A DNA stretch of 64,000 bases from Nitrospirota bacterium (GTDB lineage Bacteria > Nitrospirota > Nitrospiria > Nitrospirales > NS-4): positions 448,001 through 512,000 of the forward strand of contig CAWBGA010000017.1 in NCBI GenBank assembly GCA_963788195.1, read 5' to 3'. Under the pieces are notes generated by a model, which made no database searches, had not been told where the DNA came from, and worked only from the letters and a program-made list of their open reading frames with translations. Shown one piece after another: positions 22,322 to 31,809 of the stretch. How positions within the stretch are numbered: position 1 is the first letter of the stretch; each line of letters starts with the position of its first letter. Position numbers and translations under genes: made by a program.

Positions 22322-22815
22322 GGCACCTTTTTGCGGTCTAGACGTTCTTCGACAAACTCTCGAAGATCTTTTTCTGATTTGTCCTTGATCGTAAGAAACT
22401 CCAAGCCGTGCCGGATTCCCTGGCTGTACCGCACGACGGCCGTTTCGATTTCTACGGGCGGCTTTCCATTGGGCATTTTCAGTGTCACTTGGAGGACATC
22501 GCCTCGTTTCAACTCCTGATCGCTTTCCATGGCACAGCCGCGCAGAGACAGATCAACGAGGCGCCCTCTGCCTTCCATGTCCTTCACCTTGAAAGTGAGT
22601 GAAAACTCTGCTTTGACTCTGGAGTATTCGCGCTTGTCCCCTTCGGGGCTATACACTTGCCCAACCTGCCGGACAAAGAAACGCTTACCACAACTTTGAC
22701 AGCGAAAGGGATAGATTTCAAAGCGGCTCAAAAGACCCTCGATGAGGCCCCATTGGCGAGAAATACGCACGAAAACGGCTTTGCATCGCTTACACCGTGG
22801 AGTTTCGATGGCTAT
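22309..22815 (-). CDS. PilZ domain protein with N-terminal Zn ribbon (probable ATA start)
   Basis: REYSR and DLSLRG PilZ motifs; CKRC upstream of the called GTG plus CQSC. Confidence 0.8.
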   Translation of the reverse strand: MAIETPRCKRCKAVFVRISRQWGLIEGLLSRFEIYPFRCQSCGKRFFVRQVGQVYSPEGDKREYSRVKAEFSLTFKVKDMEGRGRLVDLSLRGCAMESDQELKRGDVLQVTLKMPNGKPPVEIETAVVRYSQGIRHGLEFLTIKDKSEKDLREFVEERLDRKKVPQGV

Positions 22816-22985
22816 CTACCCCCAGTTGATTATACTAGAAACATCATAATACTTAAGTGCCAATCTTGCAACTGGTTAATAACGCCTCGGCAAACGACCC
22901 TTGTTCAGTTGCCATTTCCCGGACCACGAGCCCGGCTGCCGGAGCGCGACGGGCGTTCTTTCAAAGAGTTTGCGTGGGTGACGAT

Positions 22986-24635
22986 TTAGAACAGGCCGAC
23001 AACATCTCCGGTGACTGGATCCAAGTCGATCTGCGAAGCCGCCGGCCTGGTTGGCATCCCCGGCATCAATTGCATACCTGCGCAGACGGCGGTCAGAAAT
23101 CCTGCGCCCGCCAGAGTACGAAGCTCCTGGATCTTGACGGTAAAGCCATGGGGTCGCCCCTTCAGCGCCGGGTCGGCTGATAGCGAGAACGGGGTCTTGG
23201 CCATGCAAATCGGAAAAGCTCCAAATCCGAGTCGCGTGGCGGTCAGGATATCTGCCTGCGCCTTTGAGCCATACTCGACCCCGCTGGCGCCGTACATGAA
23301 ACGCGCAATGGTCTCAATCTTCTCCTCGATGGACACGTTCAGGTCGTAGAGTAAGCGACAGGTGCAAGGTTGCGCACACACAGCCAATACGGCACTAGCG
23401 AGTTCTTCCGCTCCCGCTCCACCGTCGCGATATGGCGAGGATACCACGGCGGCTGCTGCTCCCATCTCCACGCCTTTTTCCTTGAGGATCTGTAATTCCT
23501 CTTGGGTATCGTCGGGAAAGACGTTCACGGCTACCACGGCCGGCACGCCAAAGGCCCGAATGTTCGATAGATGCTGCTCTAAATTGGCAAGCCCACTCAT
23601 TAAGGCTTCCGCGTTCGGACGGACTACAGATGCAGGAAGCGGCTGGCCGGGTTTTAATGTCGCGCCTCCGCCGTGCAACTTCAGCGCGCGCAGGGATGCG
23701 ACGATCACGGCGGCCGCTGGTCTGAACCCGGAAACTCGGCATTTGATATCGAAGAACTTCTCTGCACCGAGTTCGCTGCCAAATCCCGCCTCGGTCACCA
23801 CGTAGTCAGCCAAGCGCAAAGCCATGGCATCGGCCAAAATCGAGCAATTACCATGAGCTATATTGCCGAAAGGGCCGGCGTGGATAATCGCGGGGGTACC
23901 TTCCGCGGTTTGAAGCAAATTCGGACACAAGGCGTCCTTCAGCAGAACCGCCATTGCCCCGCTACTGGCAAGTTGATCGGCCGTCACAGGATGCTCATCT
24001 TTGGTCATGCCGATCACGATCCGTCCCAGACGCTTCCGGAGGTCATGAAGATCGGTCGCCAGCGCCAGAATCGCCATGACCTCGGAAGCCTCGGTAATGA
24101 CAAACTGCGTGCGGCGCCCGCTTAAAAGGATCACTTCGCGAAGATCCCTGTCATTGAGCGCAAGCGCCCGTGGCCAGCTGACTCTCTCTGGGTCAATATT
24201 GAGGGAATTTCCGTGAAAGATGTGATTATCGATGCAGGCGGCAAGGAGATTATGCGCTGCGGCCACCGCATGGGCATCCCCCGTGAGATGCAAATTGATG
24301 TCCTCCAGGGGAAGGACCTTCGAACGACCACCGCCGGACGCGCCCCCTTTGATCCCAAAGACCGGCCCCAGCGCCGGCTGGCGCAAGGTGACGATTGCCT
24401 TCTTTCCCAACCGGCACAACCCCATTGCCAGGCCAATGGAGGTCACGGTTTTGCCCTCACCGAAGGGTGTCGGATTGATCGCGGTCACCAGGATATACTT
24501 TGCCAGTTGACGCGATGCCAGCCGATGGAGCAATGACAAATCGATCTTCGCTTTGTATCGCCCGTAGGGGATCAACTCAGCTTGGGTAAGACCCAACTCG
24601 GCGGCGATTTCGGCAATCGGGCGCATCGCGCTCAT
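22986..24635 (-). CDS. fhs: formate--tetrahydrofolate ligase
   Basis: TAINPTPFGEGKT, HAGPFGNIAHG, TEAGFG, CMAKTP. Confidence 0.96.
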   Translation of the reverse strand: MSAMRPIAEIAAELGLTQAELIPYGRYKAKIDLSLLHRLASRQLAKYILVTAINPTPFGEGKTVTSIGLAMGLCRLGKKAIVTLRQPALGPVFGIKGGASGGGRSKVLPLEDINLHLTGDAHAVAAAHNLLAACIDNHIFHGNSLNIDPERVSWPRALALNDRDLREVILLSGRRTQFVITEASEVMAILALATDLHDLRKRLGRIVIGMTKDEHPVTADQLASSGAMAVLLKDALCPNLLQTAEGTPAIIHAGPFGNIAHGNCSILADAMALRLADYVVTEAGFGSELGAEKFFDIKCRVSGFRPAAAVIVASLRALKLHGGGATLKPGQPLPASVVRPNAEALMSGLANLEQHLSNIRAFGVPAVVAVNVFPDDTQEELQILKEKGVEMGAAAAVVSSPYRDGGAGAEELASAVLAVCAQPCTCRLLYDLNVSIEEKIETIARFMYGASGVEYGSKAQADILTATRLGFGAFPICMAKTPFSLSADPALKGRPHGFTVKIQELRTLAGAGFLTAVCAGMQLMPGMPTRPAASQIDLDPVTGDVVGLF

Positions 24636-24716
24636 GCTATGGCCACCGCTCGACCTGGATGGCGGACATTTGACATCCTCTCGAGCGCTGGGTACAAAGT
24701 GAGATGGAGGAAGTGC

Positions 24717-24950
24717 ATGCCCTGCGCGAACTGCGGAAGTACCACACTGACTATCACACTGGACGGAGCGGCGAGGGAGATCTGTCCCTCATGCGATATT
24801 CCTGAACGGAGTTGCACCTGGTGTCGGCTTCCGATGACGAAGAAGCTGGTAGGCAATGCGCAGTTTGTCCACTATATCTGCCCAAAGTGCGTATTTCAGC
24901 ACACCTCGAAGTATCGACCGCCCTCGCCGACTAGTGCGCCGAAGACCTGA
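24717..24950 (+). CDS. small double zinc-ribbon protein (4x CxxC)
   Basis: GGAGG RBS; CANC, CPSC, CTWC, CPKC in 77 aa. Confidence 0.75.
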   Translation: MPCANCGSTTLTITLDGAAREICPSCDIPERSCTWCRLPMTKKLVGNAQFVHYICPKCVFQHTSKYRPPSPTSAPKT

Positions 24951-25266
24951 TCATTATCAGCACCAGGGCGGCAGCCATGCCGGCCGAAAATGGGATTACC
25001 GAATACTTCATCACACTTTTCCTGAGAGTCCTCGCCGTCCAATCGGGGTGCGACGTCTCTAGTTCACGATACACGAATTCATACCCGAGGATGAGATTGC
25101 TCAGGAACAGAACAAACATCCGTAGAGTACGGCCCCAGGTATACTCTGCAGTTAGAAGAAATTCCAGGATGAAGAAGCCGCCCACCACGTGGTACAGCGG
25201 GACGAACACGCAGAGGAAACAGTCCCCCATGCGACGCCAGACCGCCGTGTCCTCGAGGACTTTCAT
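24931..25266 (-). CDS. hypothetical three-helix membrane protein
   Basis: Hydrophobic segments; ATGA overlap with upstream gene. Confidence 0.7.
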   Translation of the reverse strand: MKVLEDTAVWRRMGDCFLCVFVPLYHVVGGFFILEFLLTAEYTWGRTLRMFVLFLSNLILGYEFVYRELETSHPDWTARTLRKSVMKYSVIPFSAGMAAALVLIMIRSSAH

Positions 25267-25628
25267 GAAGCGGGGGCCACAGGCTGAACTGATGCGGCTT
25301 CAGGCTGTGGGGCCGTCGCTGCTGCTGGCACAGGGCCAGCGTGCTGGTCAGATCGCTCTGATATCGGGGGCGGTCCAGGCATTCTTTGCCCTTCGCGCAC
25401 CCGTCCAGCTTTGCAGTCCCCGCAGATCCGCGGGCGATGCTTGAAAAATTTGGGACCACTCAGACAGTTATAATGCACCACCTCTGAGCAGACAGCACAC
25501 CGCGCCCACCCACCGGTCAGGAAGGTGATATTCCGATAAAGGCCCTTCTGACATACCGGGCAGAACGCGGGTTGGATCTCCAATGTCAGCGCCTCTGTAC
25601 CTTGTTCCCACATCCATCGTAAGCTCAT
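25263..25628 (-). CDS. C4HC3 (PHD-finger-like) zinc-finger protein
   Basis: C-x2-C-x17-C-x2-C-x4-H-x2-C-x13-C-x2-C, Pro/Ala-rich tail. Confidence 0.75.
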   Translation of the reverse strand: MSLRWMWEQGTEALTLEIQPAFCPVCQKGLYRNITFLTGGWARCAVCSEVVHYNCLSGPKFFKHRPRICGDCKAGRVREGQRMPGPPPISERSDQHAGPVPAAATAPQPEAASVQPVAPAS

Positions 25629-25703
25629 AGATCGATCAGTTTACACAACGACTACCATGGTCGCAAGCCGGTCGTCCTATGCCTGCGATTGCAATGGGTC
25701 GAC

Positions 25704-26005
25704 CAGGCGAGGGGAGGGCGGGTGTTATGGAAAGGAGCCCGTCTTGGCAGCGCCAGGGAGAGCGGGTGCAATGGCACCCTATGCTCTTCACTTGCAAGGG
25801 GTCGAAGATCAAAGAAAAAGAGAAACTACCCCGGCGGCTTTGAATAATCATCAGGCCTTCGGGTCGAGCAAGCTTTGCTTGGAGGGCGGGTGTTATGGAA
25901 AGGAGCCCGTCCATGGGAGAAGAGCCTGCTTCAGGCTCCGGCCACGGAAAGCGGCTGTCTAGGCAGCCGTGGGGCGGGCGGGTGTTATGAGGGTGCAATG
26001 GCGGG
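25704..26005 (-). repeat. cluster B of the CCC-hairpin repeat family
   Basis: Minus-strand CACCCGCCC leaders; CGGCT-GCCTAGAC-AGCCG (25952-25969); 31-bp direct repeat 25713-25743/25881-25911. Confidence 0.85.
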
Positions 26006-26129
26006 CGAGTAAAGGGCCGGATGCTTATGGAGAAGGGGGGAAACCCCCTCGATTCGGGCTCAGCATGCAAAACAGGCAAGAGTGGAGCGTGAAGCGTCAA
26101 GATAAAATACAATAGTCGATGAGGTAAGC

Positions 26130-26720
26130 ATGCGTCCTCTCTTCTGCGCGATTCTGACCACTGGCTTCTGGGTCACCGCTTCAACAGTCTGCGCCATCGA
26201 GGTTCAGCCACAGGCCGCAGAAATTGCGATGGCTCTCGAGCGCGGAAGCCTCGCAGCGGCCGCGCGCACCCCGCCTGAGCGCCTGTACACATGGTTTGGC
26301 ACGGAACAAGGCGATCGCGCGCCACATGGATTTCTCATGACGAAGCTCGATGCTCTCGCCGTCTTGTCGGCCCATTTCAGCCTACGCAGTCTTAGCCCCT
26401 CACCGTCAGATCAAGCGCAGGTTTTGGCCGATCCTCATCTCCTGGTCAGCGCGATCTTGTTCGGCGAGCGACCGGATTTTGCGGTGGACGCTTATATGCT
26501 GATGCAGCAGGGATCACGCAAGATCATTCCTGCGAAGGTTCGGTTTGATGCTACCGCCACTCAGTCAAGCGCCTGGCCATCGTCTCCTGCATACCGCGCT
26601 AAGGTCGTCGCCTTCTTCGCTTATGTCGATTTCGACCCCCGCGCCAAGAGCCGCATTTCGGTCTTTCCTAGGGGTGGAGGGGAAATCGCCTTCGACCTCG
26701 ATTTCGCAGCCATCCCATAG
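26130..26720 (+). CDS. hypothetical exported protein
   Basis: GAGG RBS, signal peptide, 196 aa. Confidence 0.7.
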   Translation: MRPLFCAILTTGFWVTASTVCAIEVQPQAAEIAMALERGSLAAAARTPPERLYTWFGTEQGDRAPHGFLMTKLDALAVLSAHFSLRSLSPSPSDQAQVLADPHLLVSAILFGERPDFAVDAYMLMQQGSRKIIPAKVRFDATATQSSAWPSSPAYRAKVVAFFAYVDFDPRAKSRISVFPRGGGEIAFDLDFAAIP

Positions 26721-26729
26721 CTCTCTTGT

Positions 26730-26758
26730 TTGACACCTCACCAGCCCCTTGTTAAGCT
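26730..26758 (+). promoter_or_regulatory. sigma-70-type promoter of ispA
   Basis: TTGACA-17 nt-TAAGCT, 11 nt before the ATG. Confidence 0.55.
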
Positions 26759-26769
26759 GCCGCCCGCTT

Positions 26770-27658
26770 ATGGACTTTTCAGCCTATCTGGAGGAAAAGC
26801 GTCGGGTCGTGGACGGCTATCTCGACACAGTGGTTCCCTGCCGACAGTGCTCCTCCCGAGACACTTCACCAAGCCATGCGCTATAGTTTGTTCGCGGGCG
26901 GCAAGCGGGTCCGCCCAATTCTGACTATCGCTACCTACGAATCGTTTCACCAGCCCTCACCGGCGGTTCTCCCGTGCGCCGCCGCTTTGGAGTTAGTTCA
27001 TACATACTCCCTGATCCACGACGACCTGCCGGCAATGGACAATGATGATTACCGCCGTGGGCGGCTCACAAACCATAAGGTGTTTGGAGAAGCCATGGCG
27101 ATTCTCGCCGGTGATGCCCTGCTCACAATGGCTTTCGATCTCATCAGCAGAGATTCAATGCACGGCGTGGACCCTGGTGCGCAGATTCGGGTGGTTCAGG
27201 AACTGGCGATCGGGGCGGGTGATACAGGCATGGTGGCGGGGCAGGTGGCAGATCTTGAAGCCGAGGGAAAAGATATCGACCTGGCGACGCTGGAAGGTGT
27301 TCATCGGAGGAAGACCGGTAAGTTGATTAGAGCCGCCGTGCGAATTGGTGGGATCCTAGCCGGCGCTTCGCCCGCGTCCCTGAAAAATTTCACCGCCTAC
27401 GCCGAGGACATCGGTCTCGCCTTTCAAATTGCCGATGATGTCCTTAATGTCGTTGGCTCGCGGGAGGAATTAGGTAAAGATGCAAATACCGATGCCTCAC
27501 GGGGGAAAAAGACGTATCCCGCCTTCTTCGGCGTAGAGGGGTCGCGCAAACTCGCCGAAGAACGAGTGGCGTCTGCCATCCGACACCTTGAGGACTTTGA
27601 CTCCAAGGCCGATCCTCTGCGCGAGCTTGCTCGGTACATCACCGCGAGGAAAAACTAA
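26770..27658 (+). CDS. ispA: polyprenyl (farnesyl/geranylgeranyl) diphosphate synthase, frameshift near 26840
   Basis: GGKRVRP, SLIHDDLPAMDNDDYRRG, FQIADD; N-terminus MDFSAYLEEKRRVVD in another frame. Confidence 0.92.
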
Positions 27659-27684
27659 CGGCGTGAAAGGGGATCAAGCAAAAC

Positions 27685-28671
27685 ATGAAGGTACTGGTGA
27701 CGGGATCGACAGGGTTCATTGGAGCCGCTGTGACCCGCAGCTTGCTCGCACATGGCATGGAGGTACGAGTCCTCATTCGACCGACCAGCGATCTCGGAAA
27801 CCTGCAAGGATTAGCAGTCGAACAATGGCCCGGGGATCTTCGCGACCCTGCGTCGCTTCGCCGGGCGCTTTCTGGGTGCCGTCAACTCTATCATGTTGCG
27901 GCGCACTATGCGCTGTGGGCCCCTGATCCCCAGGTTTTCTACGATAGCAATGTGAGCGGAACCCGACATCTCATGGAGGCGGCCGGCGAGGCCGGCATTG
28001 AGCGCATTGTCTATACCAGCACCATCGGGGCTATTGGCCTGCCCGCAGGGGGCGGCTTGGGCACCGAAACAATGCCCGTCACCCTCCTCCAGATGACAGG
28101 CCACTACAAGCGCTCCAAGTTCATGGCGGAGCAGGAGGTGCTGAAGCTGGCACAGGATGGCCTCCCGGTCGTCATCGTCAATCCCAGCGCCCCGGTCGGG
28201 CCCCGCGATATTAAGCCGACTCCGACAGGTCAGATCATCGTCGATTTTATGAAGCGCCGCATGAAGGCCTATATCGACACCGGCATGAATCTTGTGGATG
28301 TGGAAGATGTAGCGGCTGGCCACCTTATGGCCATGGAAAAAGGACGCATCGGCGAGCGATACATCTTGGGCAATAAGAATCTCTCACTCTATGAGGTTTT
28401 CAAGATATTAAGTCATCTGACCGGCATCCCGGCGCCGCGCGTGAGGCTTCCTCGCGCGAGCATCCTGCCCTTGGCGTACGCGAATCAATGGCTTTCGGAT
28501 TACGTCACCCATCGCCCCCCGCGTATCCCTCTGGAAGGCGTAAGGATGGCCAAGTATATGATGCACTATGATTGCGCCAAAGCGATTCGAGAACTCGGCT
28601 TGCCTCAGACACCCGTCGAGTCGGCGCTGGAGAACGCCGTCCGTTGGTTTAAGGATCACAAGTATGCATAG
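27685..28671 (+). CDS. hpnA: hopanoid-associated NAD-dependent sugar epimerase/dehydratase
   Basis: TGSTGFIG, HVAAHYALW, YKRSK, GPRDIKPTPTG. Confidence 0.88.
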   Translation: MKVLVTGSTGFIGAAVTRSLLAHGMEVRVLIRPTSDLGNLQGLAVEQWPGDLRDPASLRRALSGCRQLYHVAAHYALWAPDPQVFYDSNVSGTRHLMEAAGEAGIERIVYTSTIGAIGLPAGGGLGTETMPVTLLQMTGHYKRSKFMAEQEVLKLAQDGLPVVIVNPSAPVGPRDIKPTPTGQIIVDFMKRRMKAYIDTGMNLVDVEDVAAGHLMAMEKGRIGERYILGNKNLSLYEVFKILSHLTGIPAPRVRLPRASILPLAYANQWLSDYVTHRPPRIPLEGVRMAKYMMHYDCAKAIRELGLPQTPVESALENAVRWFKDHKYA

Positions 28672-28703
28672 AGTGTTGGTCCTCCCTGAACGCAAGAGGG
28701 GTA

Positions 28704-29341
28704 TTGTTGTGCGTTATCCTGGCGCTGGCGCTTCCCGCGCGTGCTGCTGATGCGCCCTCCGCTCCTGCATCGTCCTTCTGCGCGGCCTCTCCTATCCCCG
28801 ATCCGGCTTCGGATCCGCTGAATGCATGGGGCAATAACCCGACCCGGCTCGCAATGCTACAAAGGGTCCGGCAAGTTGCTGAAGAGAACGGCATGAGCAG
28901 TCTCCTGGGGTTGGAAATCGGAGTTACTGGCACTCAAAGTATCTACAACAGCACGTGGTTGCTAGAGACGCCCTCTGGCGTTACATCCTTCACCGTAGAA
29001 ACCCCTGATGCGCAGCGGGGCTGCCGGTGTCCAGCGAGCGGACCGTGGAGAAAGCGGCCTATGCCCTTCTGTGGACCGAACTGGAAGACCTTCGCGTGTG
29101 GGAGACTCCCTCGGACACCAGGACTATTGCTCGCCAGACGGACACACCTGTTTTTACTGCCACCTTCTGCCGCCAGGGACGCTTACATCGGATCCGCATT
29201 GAAAATCCGCCGCTTCCCACTTGGGGAAAAGATGACAGCTTCGATCAAGCCCGCCGGCGGCACGATAAGAAAGCGCGCGAATTTATGCTACGGCCGCGAG
29301 ATCGCGCCATCGAAGTGTTGCGGCTGATCCAGGCGTTCTAA
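28704..29341 (+). CDS. hypothetical exported protein, frameshifted
   Basis: Signal-like N-terminus; coding sense continues in ORF 29027..29341. Confidence 0.5.
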
Positions 29342-29345
29342 TCAT

Positions 29346-30138
29346 GTGATGGACTTTCTGGGTTTGCTGGGCAAGACGCTGGTTCTGCGCCCTTACGTAT
29401 TTCTCTTTCTCGCGGTGGCCATCGCGGTGTCGCGCTCTCTCATGGGCGGCATCCGGACCCTTGCTTTTTTCCTCATCACCTGGGTCGTAGCCTTTATCTC
29501 CGAGTTCTCGTCTACCCGGACCGGCCTCCCATTTGGCTGGTATGCCTATAACGGCGCGACACAGGGCCAGGAGCTGTATTTAAGTAACGTCCCGTTCATG
29601 GACTCTCTTTCATTCACCTTCCTGCTGTTCGCCAGCTATTGCCTGAGCCTGTTATTTGTCTCGCCAAGTCCGCGCCAGGATTCGGTGATGTATATACCCT
29701 ACACGCGCCGACCGGCGGATGGCCTGGCCGGTCGTGGCTCTGTCGGTCCTTTTTTTCGCCTTCATCGACGTCATCATCGACCCGGTAGCCCTTCGCGGGG
29801 ACCGCTGGTTCCTGGGCAAGATTTATGATTATCCGCATCCCGGCGTTCACTTCGGTGTGCCACTCACGAATTATCTCGGCTGGGCTGTCGTCGGCCTGAT
29901 TGCTTTGAGCCTATTCCGCCTGCTCGACCGCCGCTTGCCAGAATCTTCACCGGGCGCCAACAAGGCCCGTCCGCTTCTATTGGGGGCGGCCCTCTACTAT
30001 GCCGTACTCACCTTCAACCTGGCCGTGACCTTCTGGATCGGAGAGGCGCTTTTAGCCTGGTGCGGAATTTTGATCTACCTCCCAGTCACCGCATTGCTGT
30101 TGATAAAGCTCACAAGCCGGCCCGCTCTCAGGGTCTAG
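29346..30138 (+). CDS. carotenoid-biosynthesis (CruF/DUF422-like) membrane protein, frameshift near 29715
   Basis: SEFSSTRTGLPFGWYAY, DVIIDPVA, FGVPLTNYLGW. Confidence 0.82.
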
Positions 30139-30253
30139 ATCCGCAGTCCCTCCGTACTCCTCTTAAGAATTTTCCCGTGGCATCCGTAAAGAAGCTTAAG
30201 GAAATAAAGTGGACAAATCAAGCACATCGACCCCGAATCAAGAACATCAGGCC

Positions 30254-30841
30254 ATGGCGGACGAGCATGTCAGCCCGGGTTTTCTTATATTGTCCAGTTC
30301 ATTGAAATTGCTGTTCAGAGATCAACAATCCTGGAAGCTCTGCGCGCTGATCAACAAAATCGAGCAAGGAAAAGCAGCAACGGGTGTCATCCCGCACGCC
30401 GTGCTCCAGATCTGTGCCCAGGTGGCCCAGATGCTGAAGTCAGCTCCGACCTCGAAGGATCTGGACGACCTCCAAGTCAAACATCTGATCGCAGATGCCC
30501 ACAGCCAGATTCTGGTATTAGCCATTGGTCTCCCGGACGCAAAAGACCATACTCGCTCGGAGATCCTCGTGCTCCTCGAGGAGGTCAGTCGTCCGCTGGA
30601 ACCGCTACTCCGCAGCGCGAAACGGCGATTTCAGTTTACGGAGCGCGAAGTGGGTGTCGTCCAACATCTCCTTAAAGGGATGACAAACAAGCAGATCGCG
30701 AACGAGATGGGGGTGACGGAGCAGACAGTCAAAGAGCATATCAAGAACGTCATGAAGAAGACGAAAACGCCGACCAGAACCGCGATCTTGCTGGCGATCA
30801 GCGGCGTGATCGGCACACCCGCTTCCTCCGATCCTAAATAA
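30254..30841 (+). CDS. LuxR-type HTH transcriptional regulator
   Basis: FTEREVGVVQHLLKGMTNKQIANEMGVTEQTVKEHIKNVMKK. Confidence 0.88.
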   Translation: MADEHVSPGFLILSSSLKLLFRDQQSWKLCALINKIEQGKAATGVIPHAVLQICAQVAQMLKSAPTSKDLDDLQVKHLIADAHSQILVLAIGLPDAKDHTRSEILVLLEEVSRPLEPLLRSAKRRFQFTEREVGVVQHLLKGMTNKQIANEMGVTEQTVKEHIKNVMKKTKTPTRTAILLAISGVIGTPASSDPK

Positions 30842-30850
30842 GTCCACGCC

Positions 30851-31377
30851 GTTACACCCGCCCACCCTGAAACCTGCCAAGACAGGTTTCTTCTCCCCTG
30901 GTACACCCGCTCGCCAAGCCGAGCTAGCTCGACCCGAAGGGCCTGATGATTACTTGAGGCCGCCGGGGATGTTTCTCTACTCTCGCACACCCCTGAATCA
31001 CATACCACCCACCACACCCCGGCCCGCAGGGACGGGGCCTTGGCCCCGTGGGACAGATTCCTTTTCCCCTTATTTCACCCAGCCCGCCCTGGAGTACTCG
31101 ACCCCTTGCACGGAATGGCGAGGGGTGCCCCGGACAAACTCATTTGCCCCTTATTGCACCCACCATCTCACCCGCCCAAACCCGCGGCCGCCGAGACGGC
31201 CGCTTTTCTCCTGGCCTGGAATCTGCCAGAACAGATTTCTCTTCCCCAATTTCACCCGCCCGCCCTGGAGTCATTTCGACCCCTTGCAAGCGAAGAGCAA
31301 GGGGTGCCCCGGGCAGACTCCCTCGCCCATTACACCCACCCTCCCTGGAGTGTGCCAAGACAAACTCCTTTTCCCCT
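30851..31377 (+). repeat. cluster C of the CCC-hairpin repeat family (about 9 units, some nested)
   Basis: GAAACCT/AGGTTTC (30869-30890), GCGGCC/GGCCGC (31184-31203), GGAATCT/AGATTTC (31218-31239), two extended units. Confidence 0.92.
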
Positions 31378-31446
31378 CGCCGAAGTATTGTCCTTACCGC
31401 GAAAGGGCACTGGCGCCTGCGCCTCCAAGGCCTTAGAGTCCTCCCC

Positions 31447-31656
31447 ATGTCTCTCTCAAGCGAAGTCTTGCTGCTAGACGCAAAGAAAGCAATTCTCGAA
31501 TATCACCTTCAGCAGTATCAGCTGGCTGTTCCACAGATGACCTCGGACGAGCGCCTCCTTCACCTGCAACGAGCACTGCATTCGGCCGCCGGGCTTGTTC
31601 AAGATTCATTAAACTTATTGGGACGGATTCGTCAGGATGGCTTGGACAGCGATTGA
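31447..31656 (+). CDS. small hypothetical helical protein
   Basis: 69-aa ORF MSLSSEVLLLDAKKAILEYH with protein-like composition. Confidence 0.5.
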   Translation: MSLSSEVLLLDAKKAILEYHLQQYQLAVPQMTSDERLLHLQRALHSAAGLVQDSLNLLGRIRQDGLDSD

Positions 31657-31809
31657 GATCATACAACCCAAATGATTAAATTGGGCATTGAGTCCGGCAC
31701 TATCGTTCTGCAGGGCGCCTTCTAGCTTACCTCTCGACTGTATCGAACCCGTTGCCGTGATCGAGTTTGGCGTGGTATCGTTGACTATGATTCGTCACGG
31801 GGCCTGCTG

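Noticed and set aside
30954..31477. Pro-rich ORFs over the repeat clusters (also 25636-26112, 46252-46970, 6587-6811)
   Set aside because: They are translations of the repeat units in several overlapping frames, without RBS or recognisable domains.
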